Positions 37,286-48,949 of a stretch of 64,000 nt of DNA are shown piece by piece; position 1 is the stretch's first letter, and every line of letters starts with the position of its first letter. A program made the position numbers and the translations under genes. Below the pieces are notes generated by a model. The model was not told the DNA's origin. It saw nothing but the letters and a program-made list of their open reading frames with translations, and searched no databases. Source of the DNA: Hydrolagus colliei (taxonomy: Eukaryota); the NCBI GenBank assembly GCA_035084275.1, contig CM068744.1, forward strand, positions 42,718,001-42,782,000, written 5' to 3'.

Positions 37286-37636
37286 TGGTTACAATGAGCC
37301 GGATGCCTTGACTTGGCCGGATGTAGCCCCACACTCTGCAGGTATAGAGGCCGGAGTCACTGATTGACGTGTTGCTGATGCTCAGAATGTAGCTGTTACT
37401 GGTCACGTTCCTGACAGGCTGGAAACGCTGGCTCACATTGTGGGACCTGCTGACGGTGTCATTGGTGAAGAGACTGAGCCCCCACTGGCTCTCATTTCCA
37501 GACAGCTGCCAGTCCCAGTGCACATCAGCCTCTCCCACAGCGGCCCTGTCCATGGAGCAGTGTATCTGCACTGGGGCTCCCTCTGGTACCCTCAGCATTG
37601 CTGGAGACTGAGTGAGCACTGGGTCCTCGCTCGCAC
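37286..37636 (-). CDS. Gene B V3' exon (duplicate)
   Basis: 351 nt, open, canonical splice sites, offset 2655 bp from 39941-40291. Confidence 0.85.
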
Positions 37637-37871
37637 CTGTTAATGGCAAACAGTCAAAGTTTAACACAGGCACTAGGGATCCAGAGAATGGGGAAAGAGG
37701 GGCTAAAAGCCTGAGCCCCAATGCTGGGGTGGGGTGGGCGGGGGACAAGGAGCAGGCCGGAGCCCACTGAGTGGAGGGAGCGGACAGATCTATATGGAGT
37801 TAGCAGGTCACAGAGTGATTTTATCTGGGGATTATTGGCCAGGACAGTGAGAGAATATAACATGTACTGAC

Positions 37872-38216
37872 TGGTTATGTTCAGCCCGGTCCCGTCCCCA
37901 CAGACATCTCCCCACACACAGCAGTGATAGACGGCAGCATCACTGAGCGTCACGGTTGGGAGGATCAGAATGTAGGTGTTATTGGAGGTGACTCTGGACG
38001 GCTGGAGACGCTGAGTGGAACCTTCGGAGCCTGTTATCCTGTCACTTGTATCATGTGTTAAAATCCACTCTCTCCGCTGTCCTGGGAGTTGTCGGTACCA
38101 GTGTACGTCAGTGCTGATCACGTTGGCCTTCTCCATGGAGCACTGTAACCGGGCCGGGCGTCCCTCGGTGACACGTTCCAGGGTCGGGGACTGAACCAGG
38201 AGAGGAACAGGTTCAC
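37872..38216 (-). CDS. Gene B V2' exon (duplicate)
   Basis: 345 nt, open, canonical splice sites. It has a few substitutions versus 40527-40871 (EP/EA, TSD/TND, GS/GP). Confidence 0.85.
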
Positions 38217-38411
38217 CTTTGAGGGAAACATTTCCTTCAGTTACAATCCAGCCTGAATATTGACCAACAAACCTTCTCTCCTACAGCCCCCCCACCCCAC
38301 ACACCCTGTGTGACTCTCTCTCTCTGTCTCTCCCTGGGTGGCTCTCACTCTCCCTGTGTAACTCTCACTCTCTGTCCCTGTATGACTCTCATTTCCAGAC
38401 AGCTGGGAATG

Positions 38412-38464
38412 AGAGCCTATGATCACCTTGATGCGATGAGGATGTTGTGGATGGCCGGTGTCTT
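38412..38464 (-). pseudogene. Truncated copy of the TM exon (5' part only)
   Basis: The acceptor is intact and encodes DTGHPQHPHRIKVIIGS. It is then cut at the duplication junction before the hydrophobic helix. Confidence 0.8.
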
Positions 38465-39940
38465 CTGTAACAATTCACAAACACACATGGGTTTCAGCAA
38501 CAGTAACAGCTCAGTCCTGGACACTGACCTGACTTAAAGCAGCATTTGATGAGATTTTACTCTTACATCCCTCACCTCGATGAGAACCTTCAACTCAGTC
38601 TATGCTGAAGCCCAGTGCCGTGCTGGAGCAGAAACATTGTGAGTCATGCCATCCTTCAGGTCGATGTTAAATATCCCAAAAGAAGGGAGTTCCCTCAATC
38701 ACTAGCTTTCTCCCCTGGTGTCCTGGCCAAAATTCCACCAAATAAAATTGGTCTATCACTCCATGGCTGTTTGTGGGACACTGCTGTGTGCTAACTGGAT
38801 GCCAGGATTTGCCACCAACATACACAGCAATTTACTGCTTCTACTTGTCCACAATAGTAAAACCAGGGTCACAGCCTGTGATTGAAGCAGGGGAAATTCA
38901 GATTGCATCTACGCAAACATTATTTCAGTCAGTGAATAGTGAATCTGTGGGACAGGCTCCCTTGGGAGATGGTTGAAGCAGGAAATGCTGATTCTATCAA
39001 AAACAGACAAGTGTTTTCTTTTAGGAAATAACATAATGGGACATATACAGTACATGGGTAGTTTGGGACACATGCACATGTGACCATCAGGAACGTGAAG
39101 TGGATGGACCTTGGCCTTTTATTGTCAACCATTTCTTATGTTCTCTGAGAGCAGCGCTGCCACCCGCTGGTCACCTTGTGTATTATTATTAATCTGCATT
39201 TGAACAGCATCTTTCACATCGGGACAATGTCTTCAAGGGATTTACTGCAAAGTGTAGTGGCTGTGTATAATGCAGGTGAATTTACCATCGCAATGTCCAA
39301 CAAACAGCCACAGAGAGAGTGAACAATTGTATCTGAGGATTGTTGGCCAAGACACTGGCAGAGACAAACTCCCTTCTATTTTCCAATGATGCCAAGGGAT
39401 ATTAAACATCCACCCAACAGGCAGCCAGAACTTTGTCTCACCTGAAGGATGGAACCTCTAACAGTGTAGCCCCCACTCTCCCCCAGCACTGCATTGGAGA
39501 ATCAGTTTAGACTGTGAGTTAACATTCACCTGAACGGGCACAGGTAGCGGTCTGACTATGCCTTGGAACGTCCTCCTGATATGAAAGGCACACTACAAAT
39601 GTAATTGTGTTGTTGTTGTTCCCCTTAAATAGATCAATTCCATTGATCTCAACTACTCCATGCCGGAGCAAGTTCCTCATTCCCACCAGAAGGAGGCGAG
39701 GAGGGTTGGGGGGAGGATTGTGAAAGAGGTGGAGATGCCACGAGAAGCCTGTTTGTGACTGTTGGATTTCCACAGAGGCTGGTTAACAGGGACGTGACAG
39801 GGAGGCTGTGGAGCCCAGTATGGTCACAGAGGAGGGGGGGAGATGAGACAATAACAATGGGAGGGGCTGGGCATCTATCCTGTTGTCCATGTCAGATGAA
39901 GGAATGAATGGACTTGATGGCTGAGTGCTGCTGTACTCAC

Positions 39941-40291
39941 TGGTTACAATGAGCCGGATGCCTTGACTTGGCCGGATGTAGCCCCACACTCTGCAGGTAT
40001 AGAGGCCGGAGTCACTGATTGACGTGTTGCTGATGCTCAGAATGTAGCTGTTACTGGTCACGTTCCTGACAGGCTGGAAACGCTGGCTCACATTGTGGGA
40101 CCTGCTGACGGTGTCATTGGTGAAGAGACTGAGCCCCCACTGGCTCTCATTTCCAGACAGCTGCCAGTCCCAGTGCACATCAGCCTCTCCCACAGCGGCC
40201 CTGTCCATGGAGCAGTGTATCTGCACTGGGGCTCCCTCTGGTACCCTCAGCATTGCCGGAGACTGAGTGAGCACCGGGTCCTCGCTCGCAC
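39941..40291 (-). CDS. Gene B V3 exon
   Basis: 351 nt; the protein appears identical to gene A V3. Confidence 0.9.
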
Positions 40292-40526
40292 CTGTTAATG
40301 GCAAACAGTCAAAGGTTAACACAGGCACTAGGGATCCAGAGAATGGGGAAAGAGGGCCTAAAAGCCTGAGCCCCAATGCTGGGGTGGGGTGGGCGGGGGA
40401 CAAGGAGCAGGCCGGAGCCCACTGAGTGGAGGGAGCGGACAGATCTATATGGAGTTAGCAGGTCACAGAGTGATTTTATCTGGGGATTATTGGCCAGTAC
40501 ACTGAGAGAATATAACATGTACTGAC

Positions 40527-40871
40527 TGGTTATGTTCAGCCCGGTCCCGTCCCCACAGACATCTCCCCACACACAGCAGTGATAGACGGCAGCATCACTG
40601 AGCGTCACGGTTGGGAGGATCAGAATGTAGGTGTTATTGGAGGTGACTCTGGACGGCTGGAGACGCTGAGTGGGACCTTCGGAGCCTGTTATCCTGTCAT
40701 TTGTATCATGTGTTAAAATCCACTCTCTCCGCTGTCCTGGGAGTTGTCGGTACCAGTGTACGTCAGTGCTGATCACGTTGGCCTTCTCCATGGAGCACTG
40801 TAACCGGGCCGGGCGTCCCTCTGTGACACGTTCCAGGGTCGGTGACTGAACCAGGAGAGGAACAGCCTCAC
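40527..40871 (-). CDS. Gene B V2 exon
   Basis: 345 nt, open, canonical splice sites. Confidence 0.9.
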
Positions 40872-41315
40872 CTTTAAGGGAAACATTTCCTTCAGTTACA
40901 ATCCAGCCTGAATATTGACCAACAAACCTTCTCTCCTACAGCCCCCCTACCCCACACACCCTGTGTGACTCTCTCTCTCTGTCTCTCCCTGGGTGGCTCT
41001 CACTCTCCCTGTGTAACTCTCACTCTCTGTCCCTGTATGACTCTCTCTCTCTCTCAATGTGTGATTCTCTCTCTCTGTGTTTCTCTCTCTCTCCGTCTCC
41101 CTGTCTGACTCTCTCTCTCCCTCTCTCTGTGTGTGTCTCTCTCTCCCTGTGTGTGTGTCTCTCTCTCCCTGTGTGATTCTCTCCCCGTGTGACTCTCTCT
41201 CTCTCACTGTATGTCTCTCTCTCCCTGCTTGTGTCTTTCTCTCCGTCTCCCTGTGTGACTCTCTCTCTCCCTGTGTGACTCTCTGTTGATGTGATGATGT
41301 TGATGGGTTACTTAC

Positions 41316-41657
41316 TGGTCACATTAATCACAGTCCCAGCTCCGTAGACAGTACCATACACACCACAGGTATAGACAGCGGAGTCTGTGAGTCTCACATC
41401 AGTGATCGTCAGAGAACAGCTGTTGTTGTTGATGTGTTTCTTTGACTCAAAACGGTTCCCAACATTCTGTCTCCCAAAGTAATTCTCATAATGGGTGATT
41501 ATATGTTTCCTGCTGTCCCCAGGTAGCTGCTGGTACCAGTGGAGATGCACTGGCTTCATCTCAGCGCCTCCCAAGACACACAGTGAGTGGACGGTCTGAC
41601 CCTCTCTCACAATTACATGTGGCGGAGTCTGTGTCAGGACAGCAGCTCGAGTTCCCC
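41316..41657 (-). CDS. Gene B V1 exon
   Basis: 342 nt, open; differs from gene A V1 by P>R and two H>Y changes. Confidence 0.9.
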
Positions 41658-43848
41658 CTGTAAACAGTGAATAGGTACAGACTGTCACAAGGTGAGGAGT
41701 GAGACACACACACAGGGCAGCAGATTGAGCACCTTGTCTCTGATCAAAGCTACAAAGATGGTGTTAATCAGGGCTGTATATGTTATAGGTTGTTCATATG
41801 GTACCATGGACACTGGTCCAACAAGTGGCCACATCCGGCCCAACAGGTGATGGTATCTGGCCTGAGACCTTTAGGCTGCCCGCTCCCTCCCTCCCTGGGC
41901 AGCGGCAGGAGCCAGGAGTTGGGGGAAGTGGAATAATGTCGGCCATTACTGCAGTGTGTACCTGAGCTGGGGGGGGTGGGAGGTAAACTGGTCTCCTTAT
42001 CCACTCCTTCCTCACCAACCACCGGTTCCTGCCACCCTACATAGTGACCATTGTGGCTGATTGAGAGAAGAGAGAGTGATTGGGAGAGAGCGAGAGTGAT
42101 TGAGATAGAGGGAGACAGTGACTGAGAGAGAGGGAGAGTAATTGAGGGAGAGGAAGATAAAGTGATTGGGAGTGAGAGTGATTGGGCAAGAGGAAGGGTG
42201 ATTCCAAGAGAAGCATTGAGAGAGAAGGAGAGTGTGATCGAGATAGTAGGAGAGATGTTCTCTATCATCACGCTGATAGCGTGATTGAGAAAGTGATTGA
42301 TGGAGATGGAGAGTCATTGAGAGAGAGGGAGAGAATGATTGGGAGAGGGAGTGAGTGATTGGGAGAGGGGGAAAGGGAGCGAGTAATTGGGAGAGGCGGA
42401 GAGTGATTGAGAGAAAGGGATGGTGAGATCGAAAAAGTGTCAGTTAGAGATAGGAAGAGAGTGATTGACAGAGAGTGATTGCGAGTGAGGGCAAGAGTGA
42501 TTGTGAGAGGAGCAAATAATTGGGAGAGAGGGAGAGGGTGATTGGGAGAGAGTGATAGAGAGAGGATGTGGTTAAGAGAGAGAGAGAATGTGATTGAGGC
42601 AGAGGGTATGATAGAGAGACTGATAGAGAGAGGGTTTGAGAAAGGGGAAGAGAGGCATTCAAAGAGAAGGAGGGAGTGAGAGTGAGGTAAAAATTGATTC
42701 AAAGAGGGGAAAAGAGAAGTGGCGAGGGATAGATTGTGAAAGAAAGGAGTGTGTTTGCTGGAGAAGGAGAGGGACTGCGAGAGAAAGGGGAGAGAGTGGG
42801 ATTGAGAGAGAGAAATGGGGCAAAGGTGGGTAATTGGAGTTGAGGTATAGATGAGCCATGATCTAATGAAATGGTGGGACAGGCTTGAGGGATTGAATGG
42901 CCTCCTTCTGGTCCTATGTTCCATGGACGGCAGTTCTTACAAGATAGACCTCCCCCACCCCTAAACTCGAGTGTCAAATTAGACAAGAGCTCAAGGTCCA
43001 ACAAGGGGGTTGAACCTACAAGTTTCGGACCCAACCTCCTCGCCGGTCTCCTCAGCTCCAAACCACCACTGCCCGTATCCTTACTGACACTAAACTCCGT
43101 ACCCCATTACCCAGGCTCTACTGATTCCCTATCGCACACACTAAACTCGCTCCCCCATCACCCCAGCCCTCACAGGACTCCACTGACTCCCAATCACACA
43201 AACTAAACTGATCCAGTAAACTGATTCCCTCCCTCCCTCATTCCCTCCCTCCCTCCCTCATTCCCTCCCTCCCTCATTCCCTCCCTCCCTCACTCACTCA
43301 CTCACTCACCTCCCATCTCTCCATCCCTCTCTCTCCCTCCCACACACACTCCCTCACTCTGTTCCTCACACACTCCCTCCCTCCCTTACTCACGACTTCC
43401 CTCCCTCCATCTTTCTCTCCCTTGCTCACTGTCTCCCTCCTTTCCTCCCTGCCTCGCTTGCTCCCTCCCTTGCTTGCTCCCTCCCTCGCTCGGTCACTTA
43501 CTCACTCTGTCTTGCTTCCTCACTCCCTCCCTTCCTGATTCACACTCTCCTTCCCTCCTTCATTCCCTCACAGCCTCCCATCCCTCCCTCCCTCACTCCC
43601 ACATACACATACACTCTCTCATTCTGTTCATCATACACTCTCTCCCTCCCTTACTCACAGTCTCCCTCCCTCCTTCCATCCATCTCTACCTTGCTCACAT
43701 CCCTCCCTCTCTCTCTTTCCCTCATTCCCTCCCTCCATCACACACTTCCTTGATTCCTACTTTCCTTCCTCCCTCATATCCTCCCTCCTTCACAACTTCC
43801 TTCCCTCCCTCCCTCAAAGCCTCCCTCCCTCGCTCCTTCCCTCACTTG

Positions 43849-44068
43849 NNNNNNNNNNNNNNNNNNNNNNNNNNNNNNNNNNNNNNNNNNNNNNNNNNNN
43901 NNNNNNNNNNNNNNNNNNNNNNNNNNNNNNNNNNNNNNNNNNNNNNNNNNNNNNNNNNNNNNNNNNNNNNNNNNNNNNNNNNNNNNNNNNNNNNNNNNNN
44001 NNNNNNNNNNNNNNNNNNNNNNNNNNNNNNNNNNNNNNNNNNNNNNNNNNNNNNNNNNNNNNNNNNNN
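43849..44068. other. Assembly gap (N run) inside gene B intron 1
   Basis: 220 Ns. Confidence 1.
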
Positions 44069-44117
44069 TCCTTCCAGCGTTCACCTGTCTCTCAGCCTCC
44101 CTCCCTCAACCACTGAC

Positions 44118-44166
44118 CTTCAGTCACCCAGAGGAGCAGGCTGACAGTGAAGACACTTGTTCTCAT
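44118..44166 (-). CDS. Gene B leader exon MRTSVFTVSLLLWVTE(G)
   Basis: 49 nt, phase-1 donor G|gtcagt, paralogous to the gene A leader. Linkage to V1 crosses an assembly gap. Confidence 0.82.
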
Positions 44167-44169
44167 CTC

Positions 44170-45110
44170 AGCAATGCTCAGGTTAGATGTGAAATGAAAT
44201 GGAGAAGCTGTGACGGAGCTCAGGCAATTTCTCACTGCCTGTTGCACAAAATCCTATTTTCTCATATAAAGAGGAAGAGCGAGAGAGAGACAGGCAGTGA
44301 GAGTGAGACAGACAGAGAGAGACAGACCGAATGGGCTGACTTGTCACACCAACACTGATCACAACTACTCAAACACCTCCTATTTGGTGTTTGGTGTATC
44401 TGAGTGAGGTCAGGTTTGTTGCTGAGGGAAAGCTTTCACACTAACACAGTGTCAATGGAACATTCTCACTCAGAGGCCAGAGAGATGCCACTGAGGGTTT
44501 GAGAACCGCTGAACCTCTCCGAAAGTTTTACAGAAAGGCCAGGGCACCGAGCTGGGAGAGGAGGAGGGAGAACTCAAGGTCCCAGTCACATACACACAGT
44601 TTAAGAGAGTTTTGAAGTCAGAGAGAGAAGGTGCAGAGCGAGGGATTTGGGGAGAGAGTTTCAGAGCAGCAGCTCAGTGTTTGAACGCTTGGCCACCAAT
44701 GTGGGATAAAGGGAGTGAGGAACCAGCAGAGGAGCAAAGTTTAACTGTGTATCAGCCTGGCTCACTGGTTGCGCTCTCTGAGTCAAAGGATGTGAGGATG
44801 TCAGGACTTGGAATTACAGTCTAAGCTGAGGCTCTAGTGCAGCGCTGTGGGATGTTTCATTGTGGGAGGTGCCGTCCTTCGGATGAGATGTTAAATCCGG
44901 GTCCTGTCTGCCTGTTCAAGTGGATATTAAAGATCCTGCGGTGCTATTGCAAACAGGGAGTCTCTCTCTTTCTCTCTCCTGGTGGCCTGGCCTACAAGCC
45001 CCCAAATAAAATCAATCATTCACATCATGGGTACACGTAGGACACTGATGTGCACAAATTAGCTGCTGCATTTCCCCCACTAAACTCCCAATATTTAACG
45101 TGAAGGGTTT
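44170..45110 (-). promoter_or_regulatory. Upstream region of gene B (5'UTR, PU-box-like site, repeated module, SINE)
   Basis: Inverted homolog of 54340-55200 plus 59950-60079. Confidence 0.5.
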
Positions 45111-45510
45111 TGTGACATGATAAGGCCTTGTATCGAGCAAACTAATACTGTATTATAATTAGCAAAAATAGAAAAACAAGTTATTTTCTAGAAGGGGAGA
45201 GATTAGAAAGTGTTAGTGTTTAGAGGGATTTGGGTGTCCTTGAACACCGGTCACAAAAAGTTAGTTTGCAGGTACAGCATAGTAAGCAACTAAGAAGGCG
45301 AACAGCCTGTTAGCATTCATTGCAAAAAGTTTAGAGTACAAGAGAAGGGAAGTCTTGCTGCAACTGTATAGGGCCTTGGTGAGACCGCACCTAGAGTATT
45401 GTGCGCCGTTTTGTTCTCCTTATTTAAAAAAGGATATACTTGCCTTAGAGCTGGTGCTGGTTAGTTCCTGGGATGAGGGGCCTAACCTATGAGGATAGGT
45501 TGAATAGATG

Positions 45511-45810
45511 GTTACAGCTCGATAGTCCGAAGGTTCGTTAGTCCGAAGGTTCATTAGTCCAATGGTCCGTTAGTCCGAAGCTTCCCCTAACCCTAACCCT
45601 AACATTTGGACTAATGAACCTTCAGACTATTGCACCAAATGTTCGGATTAATGAAACTTATTTTCGGACTATTGAGCGTTACCGCTCAATAGTCCGAAAA
45701 TAAGTTTCATTAATCCGAACATGGTAACCGCCCCGGGTATAGGAAATTTGTGTGTTCGGACTATCGAACCTTCCGACTATTGAACCTTCGGACTGTCGAG
45801 TGCCCCCCAA
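45511..45810. mobile_element. MITE-like element with tagtccgaagg subrepeats and inverted ends
   Basis: ggttacagctcgatagtccgaa...ttcggactattgagcgttacc; internal (ccctaa)n. Confidence 0.6.
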
Positions 45811-45829
45811 ATAAAGGTCCGAACCGACA

Positions 45830-47463
45830 ATGAAATAGGGTTTGTTAAAACAAACAAACAATACTCTATCAATTTGACTCCCAATCTTTTTTCCATTCCA
45901 TTCTAACTGGTCGGCCACAAAGATCCTCACTCTCCCACCTAGCCTCATTCTGTATCTGCAATAGTTTTATTTTTCCGATTAGCCTTTCTTTGTCGGCCTT
46001 TGCTCAGTCCATGAGTTTGTTGGTACTCTAGAGGTTTTACTGTATTTTTGGGCGTGTGGGGTAGCATACTTCCTGTATCTTCATCGAATCCAATTATAGT
46101 TATGTGGTGTGAATAATTTGATATTCTGCTCTTTTTTGGTAATGTGGTTCATATCCACAATCTGGCTGCGAATGCAGTAGGGTGTTCAGATTTTCGCTGT
46201 TTGCAGCGAGACACTGCTTCTGTAGGGTCCCCTCTATTATCTCCTAACAGTTCTTGTAAGGCTTCATTTAACTGTGTTAACATTCCTCCTCCCGTTCTTA
46301 AATCTCCCGGCAGAACAGAGTGAATTTGATGTCCGACACAGTGTAGAACCAGTTTTCTTTGTTCTGGTTTGTCTAATCCATGTATCAAAGACTGTTGTCG
46401 AACACGTTCAAACAGTTCTTTAACACTTCCTCCCGGTTCACATCTGGGGATGTCTCTAGCTATATCTCACAACTGAGTTACAGAATACGGGGTGCTGTAT
46501 CTAGTATCTACTGCTCCATTTGCATCACGGCGCTCAGTAACGATTGGAGCCATTTTAAGTGGAGGATCCCCTGGATTGTCCTCCTCATGATAATGGGCTG
46601 CCTGCTCGTCTAACCATTCCCAGTCGGGTTCGTAACTGTAACCCCCTCCCTCATCATCTTCCCCGTATCTACCCTGAAAAACGCATTCCTTGCTGAACAC
46701 CCAATTGTTCTTCTAACCTCCGAATTTGAGGATTACATTTTGTGTGATCACTCTGCTCATATTTTTGAGAAGTAGCTGCTGCCTGAGTTACTCTGACAGT
46801 AGCTTTTAAATCTTCAATTGTGGCTTTTAGCATTTTTACTTCTTTTTCCTGTTCACTCTTGTTTTTAAGAGCATTATCTTTTTCTTTTTCAACGTGATCG
46901 GTAGTTCTCTAAATGTAGATGAGCATTTTGTGTTTGTTGCTCTCCTACTTTCAATTGTTTTTGCAATTGAATTATTTGCTCTTTGGGCGCTTTATTTTCT
47001 TCATTTTCAGCTGCCACTTGTTCTTTTAGGCTTTCTCTTTCTTGAGCGGTATACACTATTGCTACCGCTTTCTCGACCCTATTTAGTTCTTTCTTTTTTA
47101 ATACAATTAATGCGTTCTGCCAAATTCCTATGCCTTCTTTCGTTTGGTTTACTATAATCTGCTTGTTGGTTGGTTGGTTGGCCATTTTTTTCTACAAAGT
47201 TGTTTAATATTTTTTCCCAAACGGGTGTCTCTAAGTTGTCTATAGAGGTTATTTTAAGTCGTACTCTTTTTATTTACTTCCTGCTTTTGTTTACAAACAG
47301 GCTTTCTCTCGCCTGTTTGTTTCAGTTGAGTACTTTGTCCAAATGCACTAAACTTTCTCCACCAACTCCACATAAGTAGGTGGTTCTTAGAACTCGATCA
47401 AACTATACTCAGTCCCTGACTTAAGTTATAGTTATATTTCGAGCCCACCCAGGGATGCCAAAA
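45830..47463 (-). mobile_element. LTR retroelement/ERV internal region: PBS, leader and degenerate gag
   Basis: PBS at 47438-47460; coiled-coil-like ORF 46889-47185; capsid-like ORF 46149-46388 (GDPTEAVSRCKQRKSEHPTAFAARLW). No pol is present. Confidence 0.65.
47438..47460 (-). promoter_or_regulatory. Primer-binding site complementary to tRNA-Asn
   Basis: The plus strand ttcgagcccacccagggatgcca matches the vertebrate tRNA-Asn(GTT) 3' end (TTCGAGCCCACCCAGGGACGCCA) with one mismatch, 3 nt from the LTR end. Confidence 0.8.
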
Positions 47464-47962
47464 TGTTGCCGAAATAACTATTGCAACTTAAAACGGAGGC
47501 CACAGTATAGTAAACGAATAAACAGTTTATTATATGCAAAAGCTTCTAGTCTAGTAAGTCAAAAAGTAGTACATAAGAATCATATGATACCCAAAGAGTC
47601 TAACTGATCAGGTTGACCTTCTGGGTTGTAGTCTTTTCTTCGGTTTTCTTTGTTGCTTGACGAAATCTCCGGAGTTCTCGCTGAAAATGGCAGTTTTGGG
47701 CGCCATACTTTATAATAGTCCAACAGCAATTCTATGTCCATATATGGAATTGTTTTTCTTACTTCTTCAACGTCTGCCATTTTAAAATATGATATTTAAC
47801 CAACGGTCTTTGTTGATTGTTCCTTTATCTCACAATGTCCTTGACTTCAGGTCCTCTTTTTGTCAGTTCCAGTCGGTTTTGTACTGTCTTTTTGCCAATT
47901 GCCTTTATAGTTCATTTCTCCTTATTTGGAGTCTTGCTGTTTGTCAGGTATAAGGTGCAACA
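47464..47962 (-). mobile_element. 5' LTR (499 bp)
   Basis: Inverted termini tgttgc...gcaaca, adjacent to the PBS. Confidence 0.75.
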
Positions 47963-48949
47963 AGAGGGTAGTGAATTTATGGAATTCACTACCCCAGAAG
48001 GCTGTAGATGCTCAGTCCTTGAACATTTTCAAGGCTGAGACTGATAGATTTTTAAAAAATAGAGGAATTAGGTGATATGGGGCTAGGGCAGGTAATTAGA
48101 GTTAGGTCAGAGGATCAGCCATGATCTTATCGAATGGCGGAGCAGGCTCGAGGGGCTGAATGGCCTACTCGTGGTCCTAATTCTTATGTTCTTCTTCTTA
48201 TTATTTAGCTAATAGTTTACATACAAAATACAGGAGATATCAGCACTGGTTCAGGTCAGACACCAGCATACTTTTCTCCATTCACCATCCCTTCATCCTC
48301 ACCATTCTCACTATTGCTCACTCTCTCTGTCCCACTAGTGATAGATAAGCATTCAGCTATGATGTCCCCTTTCTCCAGTGCTCTCTCTCTAACCTTCTCT
48401 GCCTTCCTTAAAAACACCATTCTGTGTGGCTGTGCCTTTGATCGGTGTATCAGAGAGAACGGGCTGACTTGTCACAGCAACACTGTCCACAACTCTTCAA
48501 ACACCTTCTAATTTGGAGCTTGGTGTAACTGAGTGAGGTTTGTGTTGAGGAGAAGCTATCACACTAACACAGTGTAAAAAAACATGCAGTTTGTACAATG
48601 GTTTACTTATCTGATGAACCTCTTAACAATCTGTAGAATTTCCGTAATTAATGTGTTAAATAATATCTTAAATTATATTTGTGATGTTTATATATATATG
48701 AGACATATGATCGATTTCATATGAGGGGAGCTGGTTGTGAGGAACATTGAATACAATCCTTTCTCGAGGAGAAACAAAAGCTATTTATACACAACTAAAT
48801 GTTCTCAGTCCTTATCAGTCATTTTCTCAGGAAACATGGTCTGCAGCTTGTAAGGGTGGGTGTAAATTGTGACCTTGCAGTGAAGTAAGGACTGAAAACA
48901 GTTTTTTTTAAACAAGCACTGCTCTCCTCTGTCTCTAACAATGTGACCA

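Noticed and set aside
44440-44480. CACAGTG heptamers (also ~23648, ~48568) as RSS
   Set aside because: No nonamer at 12 or 23 bp spacing, and none is adjacent to a coding segment.
45585-45603. Interstitial telomeric repeat (ccctaa)n
   Set aside because: Only about 3 units, internal to a MITE.
47966-47994. 12-bp inverted repeat next to the LTR
   Set aside because: It is ordinary CR1 coding sequence (RVVNLWNSLP) that happens to be quasi-palindromic.
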